Positions 1 through 9,037 of a DNA stretch of 64,000 nucleotides are shown here, piece by piece. The number at the start of each line of letters is the position of its first letter. Position 1 is the stretch's first letter. Source of the stretch: an uncultured archaeon (GTDB taxonomy: Archaea > Iainarchaeota > Iainarchaeia > JAADDC01); contig CAZAKL010000002.1 in the NCBI GenBank assembly GCA_964486025.1, positions 2,312-66,311 on the forward strand, given 5' to 3'. Both the position numbers and the translations under genes were made by a program. The notes beneath the pieces were generated by a model. That model was not told the origin of the DNA. It was given only the letters and a program-made list of their open reading frames with translations, and did no database searches.

Positions 1-122
1 ACCGTGACGGACATGAGCTTTGGCTCGGAGGACGTGTTCTTTACCGTAACCTCGAGAATTACTGGCTTGCGCTCGGAGAGAACGAGTTTATAGGGGACGA
101 ACATTGTCGATATGCGCACCAT
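1..122 (-). CDS. hypothetical protein, 5' part only (runs off window start); beta-rich, possibly Ig-like
   Basis: Manual translation from ATG at 122: MVRISTMFVPYKLVLSERKPVILEVTVKNTSSEPKLMSVT..., open to the edge; TATA-like TTTTATTT about 25 nt upstream on the minus strand. Not in the ORF track. Confidence 0.6.
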   Translation of the reverse strand, partial: MVRISTMFVPYKLVLSERKPVILEVTVKNTSSEPKLMSVT

Positions 123-170
123 CGCTAATACTACGAAGAACTCAAATAAAAACCTTTGAGCGTGGGAGTG

Positions 171-225
171 CTGGAGGTGAGGGGATGAGTGTCCCCTCGC
201 CCTCCAGAGCCTCGAGAGGTGAGGC
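171..225 (+). other. two adjacent GC-rich intergenic stem-loops, each containing a GAGGTGA Shine-Dalgarno-like motif
   Basis: CTGGAGG-TGAGGGGA(171-185) pairs with TCCCCTCG-C-CCTCCAG(192-207); GCCTC(209-213) pairs with GAGGC(221-225). Confidence 0.5.
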
Positions 226-233
226 GTATGATG

Positions 234-446
234 TCAGAACTGTATCACCGCCAGTTCCAGCGCCAGCTTCTCCCTCCTGGCAGGTACCTCCTTGTGCATT
301 TTCTTTTTCAGGCAAGTGGTGCAAATCCACTTACCACCGTAATATCGGATGTGCTCCCTGCACACTATGTGCCCGCACTCCGAACATCTCCTCGCTTCCT
401 CGGGGCGAAGAGGAACGCCACATACCGCGCATGTGAGTATCTTCAT
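234..446 (-). CDS. small Cys/His-rich zinc-finger protein (AN1/treble-clef-like)
   Basis: CxxC...CxxC-x4-CxxH...CxxC pattern in 70 aa; GGAGG-like RBS upstream. Confidence 0.65.
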   Translation of the reverse strand: MKILTCAVCGVPLRPEEARRCSECGHIVCREHIRYYGGKWICTTCLKKKMHKEVPARREKLALELAVIQF

Positions 447-545
447 GGCCTTTCATCCTCCTCGCCCCCCTCGCCCGTGGGTATAAGGTTGAGGTCATTT
501 AAATAGTTTTCGCAAGTAAAGTTTTTCTATAGTAAACGGAGCTGT

Positions 546-1064
546 TTGGGGATGATGTTTATGTATAAGCGTTCAAAGAGCGTTCATCCAGAGGCTGCAC
601 TCATACGCAAGGAGTGGACCATCCGTCTTCTGGACCTCCCCCCTGAGATACTCACACGGCGCAGGCAGCTCCTTCGCTGGATTGCTATTTCCCTCGGGCT
701 TATATCTCCGGGTGATGAGCGGGATGCCGTGATAGACGTTCTCGATGCCCTTTTCCACTATATTTATGGCAAGGATGTGGAGCCTAACGTACAGCAAATA
801 CAGTTATTTGTGAACCGGCGCAGGCAGGAGCGCGGGGAAAAGCCCGTTGTCACGGAGGCTATACGTTATCATCTCCGCCGCATAGAGGCCGCTGGAATCA
901 TAGAGAAGACGAAGGCGCGCGGTGGCTCCTACCGCTTTTCCAAGGGCTTTGAGTCTTCCTACGGGGACCCCGCATCCTTTGTCGACGCGGTGTTTCAGGA
1001 CGTCCTCGCGTCGAAGCAGCTCATTGAGAAGGCTGTGCGAAACCTCGCATCGCTTTACAAATGA
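546..1064 (+). CDS. putative winged helix-turn-helix DNA-binding protein
   Basis: EAIRYHLRRIEAAGIIEK..GGSYRF resembles a wHTH recognition helix plus wing; the start may be ATG 552 or 555. Confidence 0.6.
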   Translation: MGMMFMYKRSKSVHPEAALIRKEWTIRLLDLPPEILTRRRQLLRWIAISLGLISPGDERDAVIDVLDALFHYIYGKDVEPNVQQIQLFVNRRRQERGEKPVVTEAIRYHLRRIEAAGIIEKTKARGGSYRFSKGFESSYGDPASFVDAVFQDVLASKQLIEKAVRNLASLYK

Positions 1065-1311
1065 TTGCAGTGAGAATTACAACGGCAGCGGATACGAGAA
1101 GATTCACGTCGTGGGGGAGCATTACATAGGCGAGCGTGAGCGCGGATACAAACAGGGCATGCTCTGTTCTCCTTATTTCTCCCGCTGCTGCGACTCCCAG
1201 TACTGCTGAGACCGCAAAATATCCGTACGGCAGTATTGCGGAAGCGAGACCTGCCACCGCACCCAAGAGCGTCAATACCCCGTAAACCGCCCATCTTTTC
1301 CACGGAATCAT
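1021..1311 (-). CDS. small integral membrane protein
   Basis: 96 aa with 3-4 hydrophobic segments; ATGA overlap with the upstream ORF. Confidence 0.6.
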   Translation of the reverse strand: MIPWKRWAVYGVLTLLGAVAGLASAILPYGYFAVSAVLGVAAAGEIRRTEHALFVSALTLAYVMLPHDVNLLVSAAVVILTAIICKAMRGFAQPSQ

Positions 1312-1715
1312 CTTGCCCTCACCGTTGCGGCGTTCCCCGCGCGTACATCTAAGATTACGAAGTCAACGCTCGATATTCTTTTTACTGCGTCGATGATTGA
1401 GGATATCGGCTTTAGTGGATTGCTAGCAGTCACCAGAACTCCAATCTCGGGATTCGCTACAAGAATCTCGGCAACGGCGCCGAGTATTTCTCTTTCACTC
1501 CCGTACTCCACGTTTATGGCAAGGAATAGGGTGTTTCCGTCTTTCCACCCGCAGTCCACCTTTGCTCCGTTGTGCCGCAGATTCTTCACGCCCTTGAACC
1601 CCATTTCCTCCGCCAGCTTGCAGAAGTAATCCATGACTGCCTCTTTGTCAAAGGGATTGCTTACCTCGTTTCTAAGCCGCCTTACGTCTGAGAGCATCCT
1701 GACGAGCGGGTCCAT
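1308..1715 (-). CDS. hypothetical protein, possible PD-(D/E)XK-like fold
   Basis: KVDCGW...LAINVEYG resembles nuclease motifs II/III; normal codon usage. Confidence 0.55.
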   Translation of the reverse strand: MDPLVRMLSDVRRLRNEVSNPFDKEAVMDYFCKLAEEMGFKGVKNLRHNGAKVDCGWKDGNTLFLAINVEYGSEREILGAVAEILVANPEIGVLVTASNPLKPISSIIDAVKRISSVDFVILDVRAGNAATVRAR

Positions 1716-1746
1716 GTTTTAATGGTGTTCACCCCATTTTATATTC

Positions 1747-2346
1747 GTGGCACACTTCAGCGATTCTGAGGGCGAGTGGCTGGTTCGGACAGCGCGCAGG
1801 GTGCTGGAGCGATTTTTTGAGACAGGAAGTGTGGAGTATTATGAACCACCCACGGAAAAGCTCAAGCAGCCGTCTGGCGTCTTCACGACAATCAAGAAAT
1901 TCCCCTCTGGCGAGTTGAGGGGTTGTATTGGTTATCCCGAACCTATAAAACCTCTTTACGAAGCTTTATCGGAGACAGCAGTCCTTGCCGCCACTGATGA
2001 CCCCCGTTTCCCGCCCATGACTGAGGATGAGCTGGGCCGCGTTGTCATTGAGGTCAGCGCCCTGACGCCGCCGAGGCGTCTGGATGTACCGAGGGAAGAG
2101 CTCCCCAAGCACATACAGATTGGAAGGGATGGTCTCATATTGCGCTATGGTCCGTACTCTGGTCTACTTCTTCCCCAGGTTCCCGTGGAAGAGGGCTGGA
2201 ACGCGGAGGAGTTTTTGGCGTATACTGCCCTTAAGGCGGGCCTCCCCCCCGATGCGTGGATGTGGCCCGACACGCATATATATGTCTTTCAAGCAGAGGT
2301 ATTTGCCGAGGAGAAGCCAAAGGGTCCCGTCAAGAGGGTGATGTGA
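1747..2346 (+). CDS. AMMECR1-domain protein (TIGR00296-like)
   Basis: LRGCIG, DPRF, IEVSALT, GLLLPQVPVE, KAGL motifs. Confidence 0.92.
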   Translation: MAHFSDSEGEWLVRTARRVLERFFETGSVEYYEPPTEKLKQPSGVFTTIKKFPSGELRGCIGYPEPIKPLYEALSETAVLAATDDPRFPPMTEDELGRVVIEVSALTPPRRLDVPREELPKHIQIGRDGLILRYGPYSGLLLPQVPVEEGWNAEEFLAYTALKAGLPPDAWMWPDTHIYVFQAEVFAEEKPKGPVKRVM

Positions 2347-2792
2347 TGAGAAGAGACAGGGTTCTAAACCTCGTAGCTCTTATTACCCTTGTATTCATCA
2401 CGCTTGACCTTTTCCTCATAGCCCTGGAGCTTTGGGGGATTCACACAGGCTTTGTGCAGGTGTTTGAGAAGGAGGGGCACATTACGCTGGTGGGCAGTGA
2501 TTTAATCGTCTTCATTTTCTCCGTACCGATTGCCATACTGCTCGAGCAGCTCTGGGAGCGGGAGAAGTGGGCGTGGTTTGGAGAGGGCAAGCACCCGAGA
2601 AAGAACGTGTTTGCCATCTTTCTGGTGCTAATACTCATTCTGTCCTTCGCTGTGCTCATAGGGGGCTTCAACGCCTGTGCCGATGCGTGCCAGCAGGTAA
2701 GCGGCTGCACCGTTGGCTACTATCCTTTCAAGGTCGAGATTATATATTCCTGCAGGCAGATTATTCAGCCACAAGGACTACCCGCAGGATAG
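2346..2792 (+). CDS. integral membrane protein with Cys-rich C-terminal loop
   Basis: ATG at 2346 overlaps the AMMECR1 stop (TGATG); three hydrophobic helices. Confidence 0.6.
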   Translation: MRRDRVLNLVALITLVFITLDLFLIALELWGIHTGFVQVFEKEGHITLVGSDLIVFIFSVPIAILLEQLWEREKWAWFGEGKHPRKNVFAIFLVLILILSFAVLIGGFNACADACQQVSGCTVGYYPFKVEIIYSCRQIIQPQGLPAG

Positions 2793-3324
2793 CGTTCCCG
2801 TCGATGGTTATCGTTGCATCGGAGGCAATGTCCTGCAGGTTTCCGCACACCTGCACTTTTCTTGACTCGCCTGAGTACAGGGTCGTTTTCTTCGCATCTC
2901 CGCTTACGCCCTTCCCTACAATCTGGATTGTAAACGTCTTCTGCACGTTTGTCGTGTTCTCCATCATCACGTCTATACAGAACCGCCCGCTCACAATGTA
3001 CAGAGCCTGTGCCTCCACCCTTATTCCATCGTACTCAGCGGAGACGTGCACGTCCTTGATGCTGTCGTAAACGGTGTTCAGAATCTTTGTCAAGTTCCTC
3101 ACGGTTGCCTCTAGGTACGCTATTCTGCTTTCCAGCTCCTGATTCTTATTTATTTGCACTTCCAGGGCTTTTTTTGCAAGCCCATACTTTGTTTCCATAG
3201 CTTTAATGCGGTTCGCGGCGCTGGACTCCGCTATCGAGTAGCCCAGAGCGTAGAATACGGGGGCTGCTATGAGCAGCCCTGCGACGAAGTATGCCAGTGG
3301 TTGACGGAACTTACTGACCTCCAC
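2761..3324 (-). CDS. membrane-anchored coiled-coil/Ig-like surface protein
   Basis: N-terminal TM, heptad region, beta-rich C-terminus with NxT sequons. Confidence 0.6.
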   Translation of the reverse strand: MEVSKFRQPLAYFVAGLLIAAPVFYALGYSIAESSAANRIKAMETKYGLAKKALEVQINKNQELESRIAYLEATVRNLTKILNTVYDSIKDVHVSAEYDGIRVEAQALYIVSGRFCIDVMMENTTNVQKTFTIQIVGKGVSGDAKKTTLYSGESRKVQVCGNLQDIASDATITIDGNAILRVVLVAE

Positions 3325-3574
3325 CTACCTCTTCCTCCGACGGTATTTCTCCCACCGGAATTTCAATCGTCCTAACGTCTCCGTCTGGTGTCTTGTAGAT
3401 GACTGTGATTGTGCCGACTGCCTCCTTCGCGTCGGCGAGCTGCTGCAGCCAGTCGAGCTGGCTCTTTTTCATGACCGTTATCATGCCCTTGAATATCGCG
3501 TCGACCGGCTCAAATCCCGCGCTCTTGAGCATCTCAAGCGTCTTGATTACCTCTTCACTTGCCTTCATATTCAT
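3311..3574 (-). CDS. hypothetical protein
   Basis: Likely start MNMKASEE at 3574; the track's longer N-terminus overlaps the divergent promoter. Confidence 0.55.
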   Translation of the reverse strand: MNMKASEEVIKTLEMLKSAGFEPVDAIFKGMITVMKKSQLDWLQQLADAKEAVGTITVIYKTPDGDVRTIEIPVGEIPSEEEVGGGQ

Positions 3575-3626
3575 CCCCAAATAAAATACGCGTCTTCTCC
3601 TTAAAACCTTCCACTCATGAACATTC

Positions 3627-5009
3627 GTGGACGGCTTCTTTCGCCTGGCCGAGCGGTTGGCAGACGTGGTGCGCAAGTGGGACGATATTTTGGTTGTTGG
3701 GCACTACGACGCCGATGGAATCACGTCAACGGCAATCCTCGTCTCTGCATTGCGCTCCTTGGGGAAGGAAGTGCGATTCGTGAACCTAAAGCAGCTCTAC
3801 TCCGACGAGCTGGACCGTGTTGCGGACGCAGGAGAATACTTTATCTTCGCGGATATGGGCGTCGGGCAGCTACCTCTCCTGCGCGAACGCCTCGAAAAGC
3901 CCTTCATCATATTAGACCATCACCAGATTCCGCCGGGAGAGGACTATCCACTCCTTTTGCACCCTCACATCTTTGGAATGGACGGGGCACGCGAAATCAG
4001 CGGGGCGGGCGTTGCATATGCCCTCTACCGTGCCCTTACAGGGAAAACAGACATGGCACATGTGGCGGTTGTTGGTGCCGTTGGAGATGTGCAGCTGGTG
4101 GGCAATCAGCTCGTTGGCTTTAACCGGGAGGTTCTTCTCCGCGATGCCATAGCCTCTGGGAAGCTCTTTGCCTACAGGGACCTCGCTCTCTACGGACGCG
4201 CATCCCGCCCACTCCCCTACATGTTCCTCTACTCCTCCGACCCGATACTTCCCGGCCTGACGGCCAACGAAGAAGCGGTTTTTGACTTTCTCCGTTCTGC
4301 TGGTATAGAGTACGTTCGAGACGGCGTCTGGAGACATTACGTGGACTTAAGCGAGGACGAGAGAAGGCGATTGTTCTCGGAGTTGGCAGTGTACCTTTCG
4401 CGGGTTGGCTGGAGTGAGGAGAGGATTCTGCGGCTTATAGGCGAGGTCTACGAGCTGAGCGGAGAGGACAGGCATTCTCCCCTCTTCGATGTTAGGGAGT
4501 ACGCAACGCTTCTCAACGCCTGCGGTCGTCACGGCCAGCCGGAGATAGGGGTGGAGGTCGCCCTCGGGGACAGGGATGAGTGGTATAGAAAGGCACTCCA
4601 CCTCCTCTCTGAGCACCGTGAGGCTTTGCGGAGGGGGATAGAGTGGGTTGAGCGCTCGGGTCTGGATGAGCTCCCTCACTTATACTACTTCCACGCAAGG
4701 GACGCCATTCCCCCATCTCTGGTGGGCATTGTGGCGGGTATGCTCTACGGTTCCGGTATCGTCCCTGCCGACAGACCCATCGTTGGCTTTGCCTATGACG
4801 AGGGGGAGTACGTGAAGGTATCTGCCCGTGCCAGTGGCGACCTCGTCAGAAAGGGCGTAGACCTATCCGTTGCTGTGCGGCGGGCTGCGGAAGCGGTTGG
4901 CGGCGAGGCGGGCGGGCACAAGCCGGCGGCAGGTGCCAGAATAAGGAGGGGGGAGGAGGAAGAGTTCCTGCGTGCTCTTGATGAAGAGATTGGAAAACAG
5001 ATTACTTGA
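3627..5009 (+). CDS. RecJ/GAN(Cdc45)-like DHH-DHHA1 exonuclease
   Basis: DHH motifs GHYDADG, FADMG, LDHH, GAVGD and C-terminal AGGHKPAAG. Confidence 0.9.
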   Translation: MDGFFRLAERLADVVRKWDDILVVGHYDADGITSTAILVSALRSLGKEVRFVNLKQLYSDELDRVADAGEYFIFADMGVGQLPLLRERLEKPFIILDHHQIPPGEDYPLLLHPHIFGMDGAREISGAGVAYALYRALTGKTDMAHVAVVGAVGDVQLVGNQLVGFNREVLLRDAIASGKLFAYRDLALYGRASRPLPYMFLYSSDPILPGLTANEEAVFDFLRSAGIEYVRDGVWRHYVDLSEDERRRLFSELAVYLSRVGWSEERILRLIGEVYELSGEDRHSPLFDVREYATLLNACGRHGQPEIGVEVALGDRDEWYRKALHLLSEHREALRRGIEWVERSGLDELPHLYYFHARDAIPPSLVGIVAGMLYGSGIVPADRPIVGFAYDEGEYVKVSARASGDLVRKGVDLSVAVRRAAEAVGGEAGGHKPAAGARIRRGEEEEFLRALDEEIGKQIT

Positions 5010-5781
5010 TACGCTCCAGCCCGTATTCCTCTACGATTTCCGCCAGAATCTTTTTTATTTCGTCGGGGACTCCGTGCATCGCGTAGTACCTCGGTTTCGG
5101 GACGGTTCTTTCCACGGCTTTTCGTAGCATGTACTCGTCCGCGAAGGGGAATGCATACTTTGGGAGCATGTGCCCGAATGCCACTCCCTTTTTAAGGGCA
5201 ATCTGTGTGAACCTTGGCGCGTAGTGCCCCCCGCCGATGCCAATTGCCGCGGGCGCATTTATGGGGTTCAACGCAGCCATGATTGCCTCGCCCACAATTT
5301 CTGCAGCATCTTCTCTTACCCACTGCTCCTCAGTACTGCCAATTTCGACGAACATTACAGGGGTATCCAGCGTCGGCCCGTGGTGCGTTACCTCGTACGA
5401 GACGGAGAACCCTTCGAGGGGGTGCCCCGCCAGGTACTTGAGTGCTGCGAGCATGTGCTGGGCAGGGGCATAGGACAGGGTTCTGCTCTGTCCACCGTAG
5501 AGGGCATCGCCCCAGTTTCCCGTTGTGTGGACTGTGAGGCATGGAATACCCGATTCTGCGGAGTGTCGGGACGCTACGATGTATAGGTCGGAGGGATACC
5601 TTTCTTCCAGCCAGTCGGCGTATATGTGCTCCGAATCGATGATTATGAGGTCTGCGTTCCCGTACTTAAAGACGTGGTAGTTGCCGAAGGTCTTGTCCGT
5701 CTTTTCGAAGTAGTTTTCGGTCAGATATTCGCCTATATTGACGGACGCCGGGTCCTTCTTTGAAACGACGATGGTGGGCAT
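5002..5781 (-). CDS. dtdA: D-aminoacyl-tRNA deacylase (DTD2 type)
   Basis: SRHSAES, LTVHTTGN, YEVTHHGP, FVEIGS, GIGGGHYAP, FGHMLPKY motifs; start MPTIVVS at 5781. Confidence 0.93.
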   Translation of the reverse strand: MPTIVVSKKDPASVNIGEYLTENYFEKTDKTFGNYHVFKYGNADLIIIDSEHIYADWLEERYPSDLYIVASRHSAESGIPCLTVHTTGNWGDALYGGQSRTLSYAPAQHMLAALKYLAGHPLEGFSVSYEVTHHGPTLDTPVMFVEIGSTEEQWVREDAAEIVGEAIMAALNPINAPAAIGIGGGHYAPRFTQIALKKGVAFGHMLPKYAFPFADEYMLRKAVERTVPKPRYYAMHGVPDEIKKILAEIVEEYGLERIK

Positions 5782-5831
5782 GTAGGGAAGATAAACCGAA
5801 ACCCTTTGAAATGGGGATGCCATATTTCTGT

Positions 5832-6260
5832 ATGCACGTGCCCCGCATCGTAAAGATACTCTTCGTCGTCGTTATTCTCCTTGGGGCTTGGCAGTTTCTA
5901 CATTCCCGAGGTAACGCTTCCGAGCCAGAGTCCGAGGGGGAGGGCGGTGTACGACTCACCGCGCCACTCGAGGTGTTTGCAGACGGCGTTGTTCATGATA
6001 TCTACTCCGAGGCCGTTCTTTTCATGCACCACGGCTCTCCAGTAGGGGGAAGAATGGCGTATTTCCTCTATTATCGGCCGATTCCCGATTCTCCGCACAG
6101 GATAATCGAGTACCTCCGTTCTGCAGATGCGAATATACTGAGAAGCGTTTCTGGGGATAATTGGTACGTTTCTGCCACTCTGCCCTTCGAGGGAAACTCG
6201 GTAACCGTGGATTTCTACCCTGACCGCGAAAAGAACGCCCTTGTGGTCATGGTGCGCTGA
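5832..6260 (+). CDS. membrane-anchored hypothetical protein
   Basis: N-terminal hydrophobic anchor after ATG 5832, divergent from dtdA. Confidence 0.55.
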   Translation: MHVPRIVKILFVVVILLGAWQFLHSRGNASEPESEGEGGVRLTAPLEVFADGVVHDIYSEAVLFMHHGSPVGGRMAYFLYYRPIPDSPHRIIEYLRSADANILRSVSGDNWYVSATLPFEGNSVTVDFYPDREKNALVVMVR

Positions 6261-6262
6261 TT

Positions 6263-9007
6263 TTAACCCCAAAACATCTTAGTCCTGTAGTAGTTCCTCT
6301 CAGCCTCCAGCAGCGCCCGCCAGAACTCTTCCTCGCTATACGGTACCCGCAGTATCCTTGCAGCCGTTTGGGAGCCGATTCCCGTCACCGCCATCGCTAT
6401 TACAGCCTTCTTTCCAAAGGACTTGACGAGCTCAGCGCTGCGTATGAGCTCCGTCATCTTTCTCTCCTCGGATTTCTTCAGTCTCTTCTTCTTAAGGAGC
6501 TCCCTCGCCTTTTCTACGTCATATACCACTGCCATTAGAGGTGAGCCGCACCTTGGGCATCTCGGATGCTCGGGGACGTCCTTGACTGTGTATACGTGTT
6601 CTGCACCGCAGGATATGCACATGAGCGTCACTTTCTTCTCAAGGACGCGATTCTTGAAAAGTTCCAGTATTGTGTGCTCCGGTGTGTCCGGGTTAACGAG
6701 TTCCGGTACCTGAAGCGCCTTTGAGAGCTCCATTTTGCCCAGTTTGCCTATTCCCTTTCTTACTGTTATACGTGTCCTGCCCGAGCGTACGCTGTCGAGC
6801 ATTTCCTTTACGGATTCTACGTCGAGCTTCTCCGTGTAGAGCTCTTTCAGCGTTTCCCTGTAGACGGGAGAGTCGACGAGGGCATCGATAAGGCGCCTCA
6901 CGTTTATTTTATCCAGCTTTGCACTCTTCGATATGAGGCCGAAACGCTTCGCCACGTGTATGAATCGCCACTTGAAAAGGTTCGTCTTCGTTATGTGGTT
7001 TTCAAGTATGATTTCAAGTACCTCGGGGTCCACAGTTCGCAGTATCTTCTCAATTTCCCCTGCGTCGAAGCCCGGTGTGGGGAATTCAAGAACTATTGCG
7101 TAGGGCGATGAGAACACGCGTATAGGGATGCCGTAGCGCCTCGATATCTCCGCCGCTAAGAGCCGGGATAGGGTGGTGTTTCCCCTTGAGCCAAGGGGAA
7201 CGTGTATTACGACGTACTCTTCGCTTTGCTCTATTATGATTTCGTTCTCACCGGGGACGTTCTTGAAGACGTCTCTAACGTGCTCGATGTCCCTTACATC
7301 CGCGACATCCCCTATCGTTTCCATCTTGTTTGCAATCCTCCGCCGCTCTCGCCAGACTTCCTCTGCCACGCTTTTGTGGACGGGTATCATCTCGCCTATC
7401 CATGCGGGAATTGCACCGACAAGGCTCTCCGACGGCTCAACGTATACCTTTTGCTCCTCTATGGAGACGACGCGCCACGGCCTGCCCTTTACCACAAAGA
7501 CCGTTCCACTCTCCAAGTACGACGTAACGAAATCCTCGTCAAGGAATGCCACTCTCTTCTGCGATACCGTGTCTATGACAGAGAAGCGCTCCTGGTCGGG
7601 TATCATGCTTAGGTTGTAGTAATAGTAGCGCCAGCTGTCCCTCGACTTTGTTATGCGGTCTCCGCGTATGCGCAGGAAGCGTTCCGATTCCAGCTGCTTG
7701 ACAACCTCCCAGAACTCCTCTTCTGATAATTTCTCGTACGGTTGTGCCCGTGTTACAATCTCGTAGGCATCTCTTAGGCTAATTTCACCCCAGTCCATGA
7801 GTATTCCGACAATCTGGTGTGCCAAAACGTCATATGCCTTCTCTTCCTGCTCTATTGGCTCCAAACGCTTGCTCTGGGCAAGCTTGGCTATCACCGACGA
7901 CTCCACGAAGTCGTTTTCGTCCAGCGCTATGATGTATCCTATGGACGGCCTGTCCCAGCGGTGCCCCGAGCGGCCGACCCTCTGTATGAGGCGTGCCACT
8001 TGCCTCGGCGAGCCGTACTGAACAACCGCGTCCACCTCTCCAACGTCTATGCCGAGTTCCATGCTGCTCGTGGCGATGAGGTGCTTTATCTCGCCCGACT
8101 TGAACGTTTTCTCAACGGAAAGGCGCACGTCTTTTGACAGCGAGGAGTGGTGGACATCGGTCCTGTCGTGGAATGCAGAGAAGTAGAGGGAGAGCTGCTC
8201 CGCCATGTTTCGCGTGTTTACGAACGTGATGACCTGCTTGTGCCTGTCCACGATTTCCTTCAGCACCTTTACGCGCGCAAGCACGTCTGGCGACATTCCC
8301 AGCGACTGTGCCTCTCTCCTCGTCCTCCCGTCCGGAATGGGGTAGAATACGTGGATACGGTAATCCTTGCGCATGGACACGTCTATAATCTCTGCCGTCC
8401 TACCCTTTCCCGCCAGAAACCGCGCTACGAGCTCGGGGGAACCCACCGTGGCAGAGAGGCCTATGCGCTGGAATTCCCTGCCGGTCTTTTCGCGTAAGCG
8501 TTCCAAGGCTATCGCGAGCTGGTATCCTCTTTTCTCTGCTACAAGCTCGTGTATCTCGTCAATTATGACGTATCTTACGTTCTCAAGATGTTTGCCCATC
8601 TTCTCTGCGGGCAGCATTGCCTGGAGGGATTCTGGAGTGGTTATGAGTATGTGAGGAGGCTCATTGGCCTGCTTCGACCTCCTGTACTGGGATGTGTCCC
8701 CGTGGCGGACGTCTACTTTGAACCCGAGCTGCTCCCCCCACCACTTTATTCGCTCGAGCATGTCGCGGTTGAGGGCACGGAGCGGCGTTATGTATAGCAA
8801 CGTTACCGGCTTTGCATCCTTTTCGAGCATCTCGGCGAGAACAGGAATTAACGCAGCCTCCGTTTTTCCAGAACCTGTCGGTGCGATTATGAGGACGTTT
8901 TTACCGTCGCGAATGGGCTGGTATGCCTTCTTTTGCACCTCTGTGGGCTCCTTTAATCCTTTCTTCCGCCAGAGCTCCAGTATCTTTTCCTCAGCCATCC
9001 GCACCAT
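6263..9007 (-). CDS. lhr: Lhr-like ATP-dependent SF2 helicase with C-terminal zinc finger
   Basis: APTGSGKT, DEIH, GLSAT, ELGIDVG, QRVGRSGH, IPAWIGE; C-terminal CxxC..CxxC. Confidence 0.92.
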   Translation of the reverse strand: MVRMAEEKILELWRKKGLKEPTEVQKKAYQPIRDGKNVLIIAPTGSGKTEAALIPVLAEMLEKDAKPVTLLYITPLRALNRDMLERIKWWGEQLGFKVDVRHGDTSQYRRSKQANEPPHILITTPESLQAMLPAEKMGKHLENVRYVIIDEIHELVAEKRGYQLAIALERLREKTGREFQRIGLSATVGSPELVARFLAGKGRTAEIIDVSMRKDYRIHVFYPIPDGRTRREAQSLGMSPDVLARVKVLKEIVDRHKQVITFVNTRNMAEQLSLYFSAFHDRTDVHHSSLSKDVRLSVEKTFKSGEIKHLIATSSMELGIDVGEVDAVVQYGSPRQVARLIQRVGRSGHRWDRPSIGYIIALDENDFVESSVIAKLAQSKRLEPIEQEEKAYDVLAHQIVGILMDWGEISLRDAYEIVTRAQPYEKLSEEEFWEVVKQLESERFLRIRGDRITKSRDSWRYYYYNLSMIPDQERFSVIDTVSQKRVAFLDEDFVTSYLESGTVFVVKGRPWRVVSIEEQKVYVEPSESLVGAIPAWIGEMIPVHKSVAEEVWRERRRIANKMETIGDVADVRDIEHVRDVFKNVPGENEIIIEQSEEYVVIHVPLGSRGNTTLSRLLAAEISRRYGIPIRVFSSPYAIVLEFPTPGFDAGEIEKILRTVDPEVLEIILENHITKTNLFKWRFIHVAKRFGLISKSAKLDKINVRRLIDALVDSPVYRETLKELYTEKLDVESVKEMLDSVRSGRTRITVRKGIGKLGKMELSKALQVPELVNPDTPEHTILELFKNRVLEKKVTLMCISCGAEHVYTVKDVPEHPRCPRCGSPLMAVVYDVEKARELLKKKRLKKSEERKMTELIRSAELVKSFGKKAVIAMAVTGIGSQTAARILRVPYSEEEFWRALLEAERNYYRTKMFWG

Positions 9008-9037
9008 ATATATTCCTCCTCCAAAACCATTATCTAC

